Shown here: in pieces, positions 28,112 to 36,255 of the stretch
Numbering within the stretch: the stretch's first letter is position 1
Layout of the letters: every line of letters begins with the position of its first letter
Assembly: GCA_036337225.1 (NCBI GenBank)
Contig: JAYZEP010000001.1
Coordinates: forward strand, 72,405-136,404
Direction of reading: 5' to 3'
Source of the DNA: Thermodesulfobacteriota bacterium
GTDB taxonomy: Bacteria > Desulfobacterota_D > UBA1144
Length of the DNA: 64,000 nucleotides
Position numbers and translations under genes: made by a program
Notes under the pieces: generated by a model
What the model saw: only the letters and a program-made list of their open reading frames with translations
Told to the model about the DNA's origin: nothing
Databases searched by the model: none

Positions 28112-28420
28112 ATGGCAAAATCAAAATCAATTAGACCCTTGGGGGATAAAGTTTTAGTAGAAAGAATGGAGGCGATGGAGACGACAGAAGGGGGAATTAT
28201 AATACCCGATGCTTCTCAAGAAAAGCCTCTAGAAGGAACGGTTGTTGCAGTTGGAAAAGGAAGAGTGGACGAAAAGGGAAAGCTAACTCCCCTAACTGTT
28301 AAAAAAGGGGACAAAGTTCTTTTTAGCAAGTATGGGGGAGGAGAAATCTCCATTGACGGCCAAGACCTTTTGATACTCGAAGAAACCGATATTTTAGCGG
28401 TTCTTGAAAACACTATTTAG
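28112..28420 (+). CDS. groES: Co-chaperonin GroES (10 kDa). No groEL gene follows it.
   Basis: MAKSKSIRPLGDKVLVERMEAMETTEGGIIIPD...GTVVAVGKGR... is the canonical GroES sequence. A ribosome-binding site AGGAG is present. Confidence 0.9.
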   Translation: MAKSKSIRPLGDKVLVERMEAMETTEGGIIIPDASQEKPLEGTVVAVGKGRVDEKGKLTPLTVKKGDKVLFSKYGGGEISIDGQDLLILEETDILAVLENTI

Positions 28421-29041
28421 CACATACTCTGTGGTTAGGTTTTTTGTCTTAGGGAACCTAACTAAAGGCGCTAAGTCTTCCAGACGATCTACGTCTAGGG
28501 CGATGTTGGGACTTTCAACAACTAAATATTTAACACCTTTTTCCTCAAAGGCTTGAATATGTTTTTTTAAACTCCCAGTTCCAAAGAACGAAGGTATTAC
28601 ATCTGGAGGGCTTCTTAATAGAGCATTTGTTCCCGTGCCACTTTCTGAAGGTACGATGACACATGATTTATTTGTAAGTGCATAATTAAAAACTTCATCG
28701 ATATCCTCAGATTTAACAAGCGGTATGTCGGCCGGAACTCTTAATATTTTTTCCGCGCCTAATGAGATGAGATGTTTAGATGCCCAGTCGACAGATGCGC
28801 TCTCACTTACCTGCTTTGTTTCAAGGAGAACTTCAATCCCAATCTTTTTTGCTATTTTTACTGCCTCTTCATCTTTTGTCACAATAAAATTTTTATCTGA
28901 AACTCTCGATCTTTTTACTTGCCATAAAACATCTTCGAGCATACAGCGTACAATATTTAGCGTAACCGCATCAGACAAATCTTTTCTCATACGAGACTTT
29001 GCCTCTTTGAAATTTTTAAAGGGGACGATAATAAAATTCAT
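28394..29041 (-). CDS. cofC: 2-phospho-L-lactate guanylyltransferase (CofC/FbiD), a coenzyme F420 biosynthesis enzyme.
   Basis: MNFIIVPFKNFKEAKSRM..., ...ILRVPADIPLV... and ...VIVPSESGTGTNAL... match the CofC hallmarks (IIPVK..AKSRL, IPADIPL, GGGTN). The protein is 215 aa. Confidence 0.75.
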   Translation of the reverse strand: MNFIIVPFKNFKEAKSRMRKDLSDAVTLNIVRCMLEDVLWQVKRSRVSDKNFIVTKDEEAVKIAKKIGIEVLLETKQVSESASVDWASKHLISLGAEKILRVPADIPLVKSEDIDEVFNYALTNKSCVIVPSESGTGTNALLRSPPDVIPSFFGTGSLKKHIQAFEEKGVKYLVVESPNIALDVDRLEDLAPLVRFPKTKNLTTEYVLNSVFKNR

Positions 29042-29099
29042 AAATCTAAAACTGAGGTTATTATAAACTAGTCATACATAGATTTGATACAATAAAATT

Positions 29100-29861
29100 A
29101 TGAGAATATTCTCCTGGAATGTGAATGGAATTAGGGCCGTTAGAAACAAAGGCTTTCTCAAGTTCGTTAAAAAATTCAATCCTGATATTCTATGCCTACA
29201 AGAAATCAAAGCAGAAGAATCTCAGCTTTCCGAAGACCTAATCAACATACCAGGGTACTCTTCATGGTTTAACTCAGCTAAAACTAGGAAGGGATATTCT
29301 GGGGTTGCTATTTATTCAAAAACCAAACCAATTTCCTTTAGTACAAGCATAGATGCGGAAAAAGAGTTTGATATAGAAGGAAGGAATTTGGTTTTTTACT
29401 ATAAGGATTTTGTGCTTTTAAATCTTTATTTTCCTAATGGGCAGATGAGCGACGAGAGGCTAGATTATAAATTGCGATTTCACGAGGCAGTTTATAATTT
29501 TGTCTCGAAACTTAAACAAAAAAAGAAGAATATAATTGTTTGTGGCGACTACAATATAGCCCACAACGAAATTGATCTAAAACACCCGAAACCAAACCAA
29601 AACACTTCGGGCTTCCTACGAATTGAGAGAGATTGGTTAGATCGATTTCAGAAAAAAGGCTTTGTGGATACTTTTCGCTATTTTTATCCCAACGAGGTCA
29701 AGTACTCTTGGTGGACGTATATGAGGAATGCGCGTCAAAACAATGTTGGATGGAGGATAGATTATTTTTGGGTCTCTGATATTTCAAAAATTAAGACGGC
29801 CGATATACACAACGAGGTACTTGGCTCAGACCATTGCCCAGTTTCTATAAGGCTTAAATAA
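29100..29861 (+). CDS. xth: Exodeoxyribonuclease III (AP endonuclease).
   Basis: MRIFSWNVNGIRAVRNK...DILCLQEIK and the C-terminal SDHCPV motif are present. Confidence 0.9.
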   Translation: MRIFSWNVNGIRAVRNKGFLKFVKKFNPDILCLQEIKAEESQLSEDLINIPGYSSWFNSAKTRKGYSGVAIYSKTKPISFSTSIDAEKEFDIEGRNLVFYYKDFVLLNLYFPNGQMSDERLDYKLRFHEAVYNFVSKLKQKKKNIIVCGDYNIAHNEIDLKHPKPNQNTSGFLRIERDWLDRFQKKGFVDTFRYFYPNEVKYSWWTYMRNARQNNVGWRIDYFWVSDISKIKTADIHNEVLGSDHCPVSIRLK

Positions 29862-29865
29862 AGAC

Positions 29866-31227
29866 TTATTGTGAATCAGTATCGTCGGAGTATTCGTCTG
29901 CTAGATTCTCAAACCCAGGTATGCCTTGGCCGTCGAGAAATGCAAGGGATACTGTTCCAGTGGGACCATTCCTTTGCTTCCCAATTATTATTTCAGCAAT
30001 ACCATCCCTTTCCTCAATGTTTCTTGTGTACGCGTCTGCTCTATGGATAAATAAAACCACGTCGGCGTCCTGCTCAAGGGCGCCGCTCTCACGTAAATCG
30101 GAAAGCTGAGGCTTTCTGTCCGATCTTGATTCAGTCTGCCTACTTAGTTGAGAGATGGCTATAATGGGAATCTTAAGCTCCTTGGCTAGTGCTTTTAACG
30201 AAGATGAAATTTCCGCTATTTCTCTTTCCCTACTCTCTGATCTAGCGGTCCCCCTCATAAGTTGTAAGTAATCAACAACCAAAAGGTCAATATCTTTGTC
30301 GCTTTTAAGCCTTCTTGTTCTGGACCTTAACTCAAGAGCAGTAATTGCCGGAGTATCGTCTATATAGATATTTGCTTCTTGCAAAGACTCCCCGGCCTTA
30401 ACTACTCTATTAAACTCTGCGTCAGACAAAAAACCCCTTCTGATATTTCCAAAATCCACTTTTGATTTTGCTGACAGCATTCTCATCATTAGTTGCTCTT
30501 TTGTCATCTCTAATGAGAAAAAGCCAATGCTCATACCGTGTACTAGGCCAGAATGTATGAGTATGTTCAACGCAAAAGCTGTTTTCCCCATTCCAGGCCT
30601 GGCTGCCAGTATTATTAAATCAGAGGTTTGAAATCCCGCGGTCTTTTGATCCAGCTTCTTGAAGCCACTAGCTATGCCTGTTATTGCCTCTTTCCTCTTG
30701 ACTAATCCTTCAATGATTTCAATAGTTGTTGCAGCTAGCTCTCTAGAAGAAGAAAACCCTGGTCTTTGTTTATTTTGAGTGATATCGAACAGTTTTTTCT
30801 CTGCTTCATCTACGAATTCTTCAACAACGATTTCACTCATCTGCCCCTCTCTAATAATCTCCGATGCGGTTTTAATCATGTCACGTAAAATCGATTTTTC
30901 TTTTACGGATTTCGCATAAAAACTTATGTTAGAGGCGCTAGGGACGACTTCAACAAGTTGGGTTAGGTACGAACTGCCGCCAACATCTTGAAGGAGAGAC
31001 TTCTTCTGCTTTAGTTTTTCATATAAAGTTAAAACATCTATCGGCACCTTCTCGTCATCTAAATCAAGCATTGCGGAAAATATTTTTCTGTGGTTATGAT
31101 CGTAGAAATCTTCTATTGTAATTTCCTCAAGGGCTAAATTTATAGCTTGCTCGTCCAATAGTATTGAGCCAAGGACTGCCTGCTCTGCCTCTTTGTTTTG
31201 AGGTAATGATTTGATATCGTTAGCCAT
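29866..31227 (-). CDS. dnaB: Replicative DNA helicase DnaB.
   Basis: The N-terminus is NKEAEQAVLGSILLD. Walker A ARPGMGKTAFALN is present. RecA-like C-terminal motifs are present. Confidence 0.9.
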   Translation of the reverse strand: MANDIKSLPQNKEAEQAVLGSILLDEQAINLALEEITIEDFYDHNHRKIFSAMLDLDDEKVPIDVLTLYEKLKQKKSLLQDVGGSSYLTQLVEVVPSASNISFYAKSVKEKSILRDMIKTASEIIREGQMSEIVVEEFVDEAEKKLFDITQNKQRPGFSSSRELAATTIEIIEGLVKRKEAITGIASGFKKLDQKTAGFQTSDLIILAARPGMGKTAFALNILIHSGLVHGMSIGFFSLEMTKEQLMMRMLSAKSKVDFGNIRRGFLSDAEFNRVVKAGESLQEANIYIDDTPAITALELRSRTRRLKSDKDIDLLVVDYLQLMRGTARSESREREIAEISSSLKALAKELKIPIIAISQLSRQTESRSDRKPQLSDLRESGALEQDADVVLFIHRADAYTRNIEERDGIAEIIIGKQRNGPTGTVSLAFLDGQGIPGFENLADEYSDDTDSQ

Positions 31228-31270
31228 ATATAAATCTTATAACAATTACTTTTCTAATCAACTTACGGTG

Positions 31271-32587
31271 TTATTTGTCAACGAGAATGATAGCAATATC
31301 ATTTACATTTGTACCCGTAGGCCCCGTAATTTTTAAATCCCCGGCCTTTTTAAAAAACCCATAGGAATCGTTATTTAAGAGCGAGTCTCTTGCGCTTACA
31401 CCACTCTGCCTAGATTTAATTCTACTCTTTCCGTTACAATAAGCTCCGGCAGCGTCTGTTGGCCCATCTATTCCATCCGTGCCAGCAAAAAGAGCATGTA
31501 TTTTCGACTCATTTGTAATTTCGATTGCAAAGGCTAGGGCAAGCTCAGAATTCCGTCCTCCGCTACCGCTTCCCTTAACCGTAACGGCGGTTTCCCCTCC
31601 AGCAATTAAACAGGCAGGTTTTTGTATTGGAACGTTGGAAGTTTTTATCTCCATTGCTATGGCGGCCAAGGTTTTTGCAACAACTCTTGCCTCTCCCCTA
31701 AGCTGTGAAGTTAATATAAATGGGGTATAGCCGAGCTGCTCGGCGCACGTTTTTGCGGCATTTAGACTGGAAAGGTTGTTCCCAACCAAAACAGTATTAT
31801 GGGGTGGGTATTTTTTTTTCTTTCTATCGTCTTTTAATGGGTTTTCTAGCTTTATAACAACTCTGGGTGGCAATTTGTTTTCAATCCCAAGCTCACAAAT
31901 CTCCCTCCACGCGTCTGTTGCTTCGGACTTATCAGGCAGACTAGGCCCTGATGCTATCACTCGGGTTCGATCCCCTACAACATCCGAAAGAATTAAAGTT
32001 ACAACTTGAGATGGATAGGAGCTCTCAAGTAACCCGCCACCTTTAATTTGTGAAATCTTTTTTCTTACGGTGTTAAGCGTATCCGTCTCAACTCCTGATT
32101 TTAATAAAAGTCTGGTTGTAATTTTCTTATCTTCAAGAGACACGTCCCTATCAGGAAGTGCAAGAATTGAACTCCCACCACCAGAAATTAAAAATAAAAC
32201 CAAGTCCTTTTTTGTTGTAGTTGACAATAGGTCCACAATTATGTTTGCAGCTTTTACACTTCTTTCGTCTGGAACTGGGTGGGAAGATAGAACAAATTTA
32301 AAATTTGATATTCTCTTTTGTGGCTTTGTATTTGAGACCACAATACCCTTAGTGATTCTTTTTCCTAGGACTTTGTTGGCCCCAACTGCCATTTGAGTGG
32401 CCGCCTTTCCAAAGCTAATTAGAAAAATTCTTTTATAAAAATTTAGGTCATATGTCTTTTTTGCGACACGGAGAACATTATCTTCTACAACTAAGTGTTG
32501 AGATACACATTTAACCGGGTCTGCAGCATCGAGAGCAGACGCGAATATTTTGTCGAGCTTGTTTTTGTATACTTTAGGAACTATCAT
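31271..32587 (-). CDS. Glycerate kinase of the MOFRL family (glycerate 2-kinase).
   Basis: FLISGGGSSILALP and IAGGETAVTVKGSGSGGRNSELALAFA are the MOFRL/DUF4147 signatures. The protein is 438 aa. Confidence 0.75.
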   Translation of the reverse strand: MIVPKVYKNKLDKIFASALDAADPVKCVSQHLVVEDNVLRVAKKTYDLNFYKRIFLISFGKAATQMAVGANKVLGKRITKGIVVSNTKPQKRISNFKFVLSSHPVPDERSVKAANIIVDLLSTTTKKDLVLFLISGGGSSILALPDRDVSLEDKKITTRLLLKSGVETDTLNTVRKKISQIKGGGLLESSYPSQVVTLILSDVVGDRTRVIASGPSLPDKSEATDAWREICELGIENKLPPRVVIKLENPLKDDRKKKKYPPHNTVLVGNNLSSLNAAKTCAEQLGYTPFILTSQLRGEARVVAKTLAAIAMEIKTSNVPIQKPACLIAGGETAVTVKGSGSGGRNSELALAFAIEITNESKIHALFAGTDGIDGPTDAAGAYCNGKSRIKSRQSGVSARDSLLNNDSYGFFKKAGDLKITGPTGTNVNDIAIILVDK

Positions 32588-33311
32588 CTTTTACCCCCAG
32601 GTAAGACCTTAGATATTTTACACCAATATAAAAAAATGGAGTATCCAAAAGCGCGACGATAAATTTAAATATATATGCATATAAAATTAAAAGAAACAGC
32701 CCTTCAGCTTCACCTTTTCCTTCTGGTAGGGGAATGGAACGAGTAAGAAAGTGGGTTATGAGTATAACGGAAACCGTATCAATTAATTGACTTATCATTG
32801 TAGATGCGTTGTTTCTTATCCATAAATACTTACCTTTGGTTAAATTTTTAAAGAAATGAAAAACATGGACATCAGAGTGTTGGGCAAGTAAATACGCAGT
32901 CATTGATGCAAATATAGTGCTTAGCGATAGCCCTCTTATCGTCATAAAGGCGTCATTTGATGCCTCACTTGAACTACTTGATGTGAACTCGGGTAAAATT
33001 CCTGCAATCCAAACAATAAAAGCAAGCCAGATATTGACAATTAATCCAGACCAAACAACCCGCGATGCTTTTTTTGGCCCGTACAACTCAGATATAAAAT
33101 CTGTGCATAAAAATGTTATTGGGTATGGCAGGACTCCAATTGCCACGATCATTGGAATCTCAATTCCAAAAAAAACATAGCTTAAATCCACAAATCTCGA
33201 AGTTCCTAGTATGTTTAGCATCGTCATGGATGCAATAAAAATTGACGATAAGACTATAAAGACAAGAGATTTTCGTTCATCAAATATTTTTTGCGTCTTC
33301 ACCGAGCCCAT
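32574..33311 (-). CDS. yhhQ: Queuosine-precursor transporter YhhQ (VUT/DUF165 family).
   Basis: VLPYPITFLCTDFISELYG is the family signature. There are about six transmembrane helices and the protein is 245 aa. Confidence 0.8.
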   Translation of the reverse strand: MGSVKTQKIFDERKSLVFIVLSSIFIASMTMLNILGTSRFVDLSYVFFGIEIPMIVAIGVLPYPITFLCTDFISELYGPKKASRVVWSGLIVNIWLAFIVWIAGILPEFTSSSSSEASNDAFMTIRGLSLSTIFASMTAYLLAQHSDVHVFHFFKNLTKGKYLWIRNNASTMISQLIDTVSVILITHFLTRSIPLPEGKGEAEGLFLLILYAYIFKFIVALLDTPFFYIGVKYLRSYLGVKDDSS

Positions 33312-33371
33312 AATCCTAATAGACTACCATCCTTGAAAGTCTTTTCCTGCATGATAAACTGAAAGTCCATT

Positions 33372-33443
33372 GGCGGTGTAGCTCAGGGGTAGAGCGACGC
33401 TCTCATAAGGCGTAAGTCGGAGGTTCAATTCCTCCCACCGCCA
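33372..33443 (+). tRNA. tRNA with anticodon CAT: elongator tRNA-Met, or possibly tRNA-Ile2 with a lysidine-modified CAU. It is not an initiator tRNA because the 1:72 pair is G:C. No CCA end is encoded.
   Basis: Manual cloverleaf fold. The acceptor stem is GGCGGTG/CACCGCC. The D stem is GCTC/GAGC. The anticodon stem is ACGCT/GGCGT with loop CTCATAA. The T arm is GGAGG-TTCAATT-CCTCC and the discriminator is A. Confidence 0.8.
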
Positions 33444-34379
33444 TTATGACGTACCCACCATTCTGTCTATTGCTAGCTTTGCCTTTGAAGCAATTTCTAT
33501 AGGAACTCTGATTTCCGGTAGCTCGTTCCTAAGAGCTTGTAAGACCTTTTTAACAGTGATTGTTTTCATGTATTTACATGTAGCGCCATTGCTTATAGGG
33601 ATAAAATTTTTCTCGGGCGCAAATTGTTTCATTCTATGAATGACTCCTGACTCTGTCGCGACAATTAGATTTTTACTGGTAGAGTCCTTGGCTTTTGTTA
33701 TCATTGCCTCCGTAGATAAGAAATGAACGTCCTCGTCCTTGTTTTTTTCTGAGTAATACATTGCCTGAGAACCACAGGCGCATTCGGGATGGATTAGCAC
33801 TTCTGATTCTGGAAACTCGTCACGCAAAGTTCGTATTTCCTCATATGTCATTGCGGCATGTACATGACATTCTCCGGGCCATATGTGGATTTTTCTGCTG
33901 GTTTTCTTTTGTATATAGTTACCTAAAAACATATCAGGCAAGAATAAAATCTCTCTATCCTTGCTTATGGACTCTACAATTTTCAAAGCATTTGAAGAAG
34001 TGCAACAATAATCGCTCTCGGCTTTAATATCAGCTGAGGTGTTTATATATGATACAACTACTGCGTTTGGATTTTTACTTTTCCAGTCTCTAAGCTGTTT
34101 AACATTGATTGATTCAGCAAGCGAACATCCTGCGTCTAAATCTGGTAATAAAATTTTTTTTTCTGGACAGAGAATTGAGGCCGTTTCTGCCATAAAATGA
34201 ACTCCACAAAAAACTATTATTTCTGCGCTGGTCTCGGAGGCCATTTTTGACAACCCCAATGAATCACCTACAAAGTCGGCTATATCTTGGACTTCAGGTA
34301 TTTGGTAGTTATGAGCCAGAATTATTGCGCTTTTTGCCTTTTTTAGCTCTGATATTTCTCTTGCCGTGGATAAATCCAT
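33444..34379 (-). CDS. nadA: Quinolinate synthase A.
   Basis: MDLSTAREISELKKAKSAIILAHNYQIPEVQDIADFVGDSL is the canonical NadA N-terminus. Confidence 0.9.
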   Translation of the reverse strand: MDLSTAREISELKKAKSAIILAHNYQIPEVQDIADFVGDSLGLSKMASETSAEIIVFCGVHFMAETASILCPEKKILLPDLDAGCSLAESINVKQLRDWKSKNPNAVVVSYINTSADIKAESDYCCTSSNALKIVESISKDREILFLPDMFLGNYIQKKTSRKIHIWPGECHVHAAMTYEEIRTLRDEFPESEVLIHPECACGSQAMYYSEKNKDEDVHFLSTEAMITKAKDSTSKNLIVATESGVIHRMKQFAPEKNFIPISNGATCKYMKTITVKKVLQALRNELPEIRVPIEIASKAKLAIDRMVGTS

Positions 34380-34383
34380 AGAT

Positions 34384-35226
34384 TTATCTTAACACATCCA
34401 TCGAAATATCTAAGAATGGAGCGGAATGTGTAATTCTGCCTATAGAAACATAGTCAACATCGAGACTACGAATAGATTTAATTTTTTTAAGGGTAAATCT
34501 TCCGGAGAGTTCAATCCTTGCCTTGCTAGAGTTTCTGATTGTTTTTACAGCACTAAGAGTTTCTTTTTTACTGAAGTTATCTAACATAATTTGATCTACT
34601 TTAAATTGAACCACGTCCTTAACTTGGCCCAAGTTCTCCACCTCTACTAATATTTTTTTTCTACCGCTTTTTTGGACTACTTTCTCTAAAGCTTTCTTAA
34701 TGTCTCCGGAGACTCTTATATGGCTATCTTTTACTAGAATCAATTCTGACAAGTCCATCCTGTGGTTTTGCCCCCCTCCGATTTTTACCGCATATTTTTC
34801 AAGACGTCTCCATCCGGGCGTGGTCTTCCTTGTGTCCAAAATTTTTATCTTAGTTCTTTTTAGCTCAGCAACGTAACTGCTTGTTAAAGTGGCGATACCA
34901 CTAAGTTTTTGAAGAAAATTTAGGATAATTCGTTCATGAGAAAGAACCAAATTTGCAGGGCCTACAATCTTTGCTACCAAGGACCCCTTTTTTATTTTTG
35001 CCCCATCTTTGTAGGTCCATTTAATTTTTATTCGAGCATCTACTTGCTTTGCTAAATAACTAATTATTTTGGTTCCACAAAGTATTCCAGACTCTTTAAA
35101 ATATATCCCGGTACTAATTTTTTCTGAGCCAAGGAGGAGCTTGCTGGTCACATCTTCCGTAGATCGATCTTCTGCTATTGCAATATCTAAGATGGTATCA
35201 ACACTTTGTTTTAAAGCATTGTCCAT
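34384..35226 (-). CDS. nadC: Nicotinate-nucleotide pyrophosphorylase (quinolinate phosphoribosyltransferase).
   Basis: It is 280 aa with the LDNF...KVEVEN-type architecture (ILVEVENLGQVKD). It lies between nadA and the kor genes. Confidence 0.85.
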   Translation of the reverse strand: MDNALKQSVDTILDIAIAEDRSTEDVTSKLLLGSEKISTGIYFKESGILCGTKIISYLAKQVDARIKIKWTYKDGAKIKKGSLVAKIVGPANLVLSHERIILNFLQKLSGIATLTSSYVAELKRTKIKILDTRKTTPGWRRLEKYAVKIGGGQNHRMDLSELILVKDSHIRVSGDIKKALEKVVQKSGRKKILVEVENLGQVKDVVQFKVDQIMLDNFSKKETLSAVKTIRNSSKARIELSGRFTLKKIKSIRSLDVDYVSIGRITHSAPFLDISMDVLR

Positions 35227-35233
35227 AAGGAGA

Positions 35234-36244
35234 CTATTTAACTTCCCAGGTTTCCCCTGAAGAAACTAGTTTTTCTAAATTAGGTGGAAATTTCGATTTC
35301 GCGGATTCAATCTGTGAACTAATTGACTCCTCAAAGCTAGGCTTTGACACTCTTTTTATTACGCCCATAGGAACCGGGTGTTCTGGAAATCTCATATCGG
35401 ATATCATTCTAATTAAAAAAGGATTAGTTTCGTCGTAAACTACAACATTGTCCGGGGTGCTTCCGGCCTCAAATTCAATTATCTCAAATTTGCCATACCC
35501 CATAACAAGACCTTTGTTGAGATCTTTTCCAAAGACAAGAGGCTTACCGTGTTCAACTTTAATATTATTGTCGTCTCGTATTTCTCTATCTGTAAACTCA
35601 TCAAACACCCCGTTGTTATATATATAGCAATTTTGATATATATGAACAAACGAGGTTCCTTTGTGCTCATAAGCTTGAACAAGTATTGAAACTAAGTCTT
35701 TAACATAAGGAGCGGCAATTTGAGCAATAAAGGTCGCCCCGCATTCTACAGCAAGACCAGTTGGGTCAACGGCCTCTTCTATGGTCCCATAAGGAGCCGT
35801 TTTGTTAATCATGCCTTTCTCACTTGTCGGAGAATACTGCCCTTTTGTTAACCCATAGATTCTGTTGTTGAACAACAGAATATTTAAATCAGCATTTCGT
35901 CTTAAAGCATGGATGAAGTGATTACCACCAATTGAAATCCCATCACCATCTCCGGTAACGACCCACACGGCCAATTCTGGGTTGGCAACTTTGAGACCTG
36001 TTGCTACAGGAAGAGGTCGACCATGAATCGTATGGAATCCATAGGTACCCATGTAATAAGGGAATCTAGATGAGCAGCCAATTCCTGAAATGACGGCGTG
36101 CTCATTTTTTGGCCTACCAATTTGAGCCATGGCTGTTTGTACGGCTTTTAGAATCGCATAGTCTTCGCAGCCTGGGCACCACCTGGGTTCTGCCGGGGAT
36201 TTAAAATCATTTGGTTTATACTGTACTTGTTCTGTTTCGGCCAT
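35234..36244 (-). CDS. korB: 2-oxoacid:ferredoxin oxidoreductase beta subunit (TPP-binding).
   Basis: WCPGCEDYAIL and the TPP-binding motif VVTGDGDGISIGGNHFIHALRRN are present. Confidence 0.85.
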   Translation of the reverse strand: MAETEQVQYKPNDFKSPAEPRWCPGCEDYAILKAVQTAMAQIGRPKNEHAVISGIGCSSRFPYYMGTYGFHTIHGRPLPVATGLKVANPELAVWVVTGDGDGISIGGNHFIHALRRNADLNILLFNNRIYGLTKGQYSPTSEKGMINKTAPYGTIEEAVDPTGLAVECGATFIAQIAAPYVKDLVSILVQAYEHKGTSFVHIYQNCYIYNNGVFDEFTDREIRDDNNIKVEHGKPLVFGKDLNKGLVMGYGKFEIIEFEAGSTPDNVVVYDETNPFLIRMISDMRFPEHPVPMGVIKRVSKPSFEESISSQIESAKSKFPPNLEKLVSSGETWEVK

Positions 36245-36255
36245 AAACTTGTATT

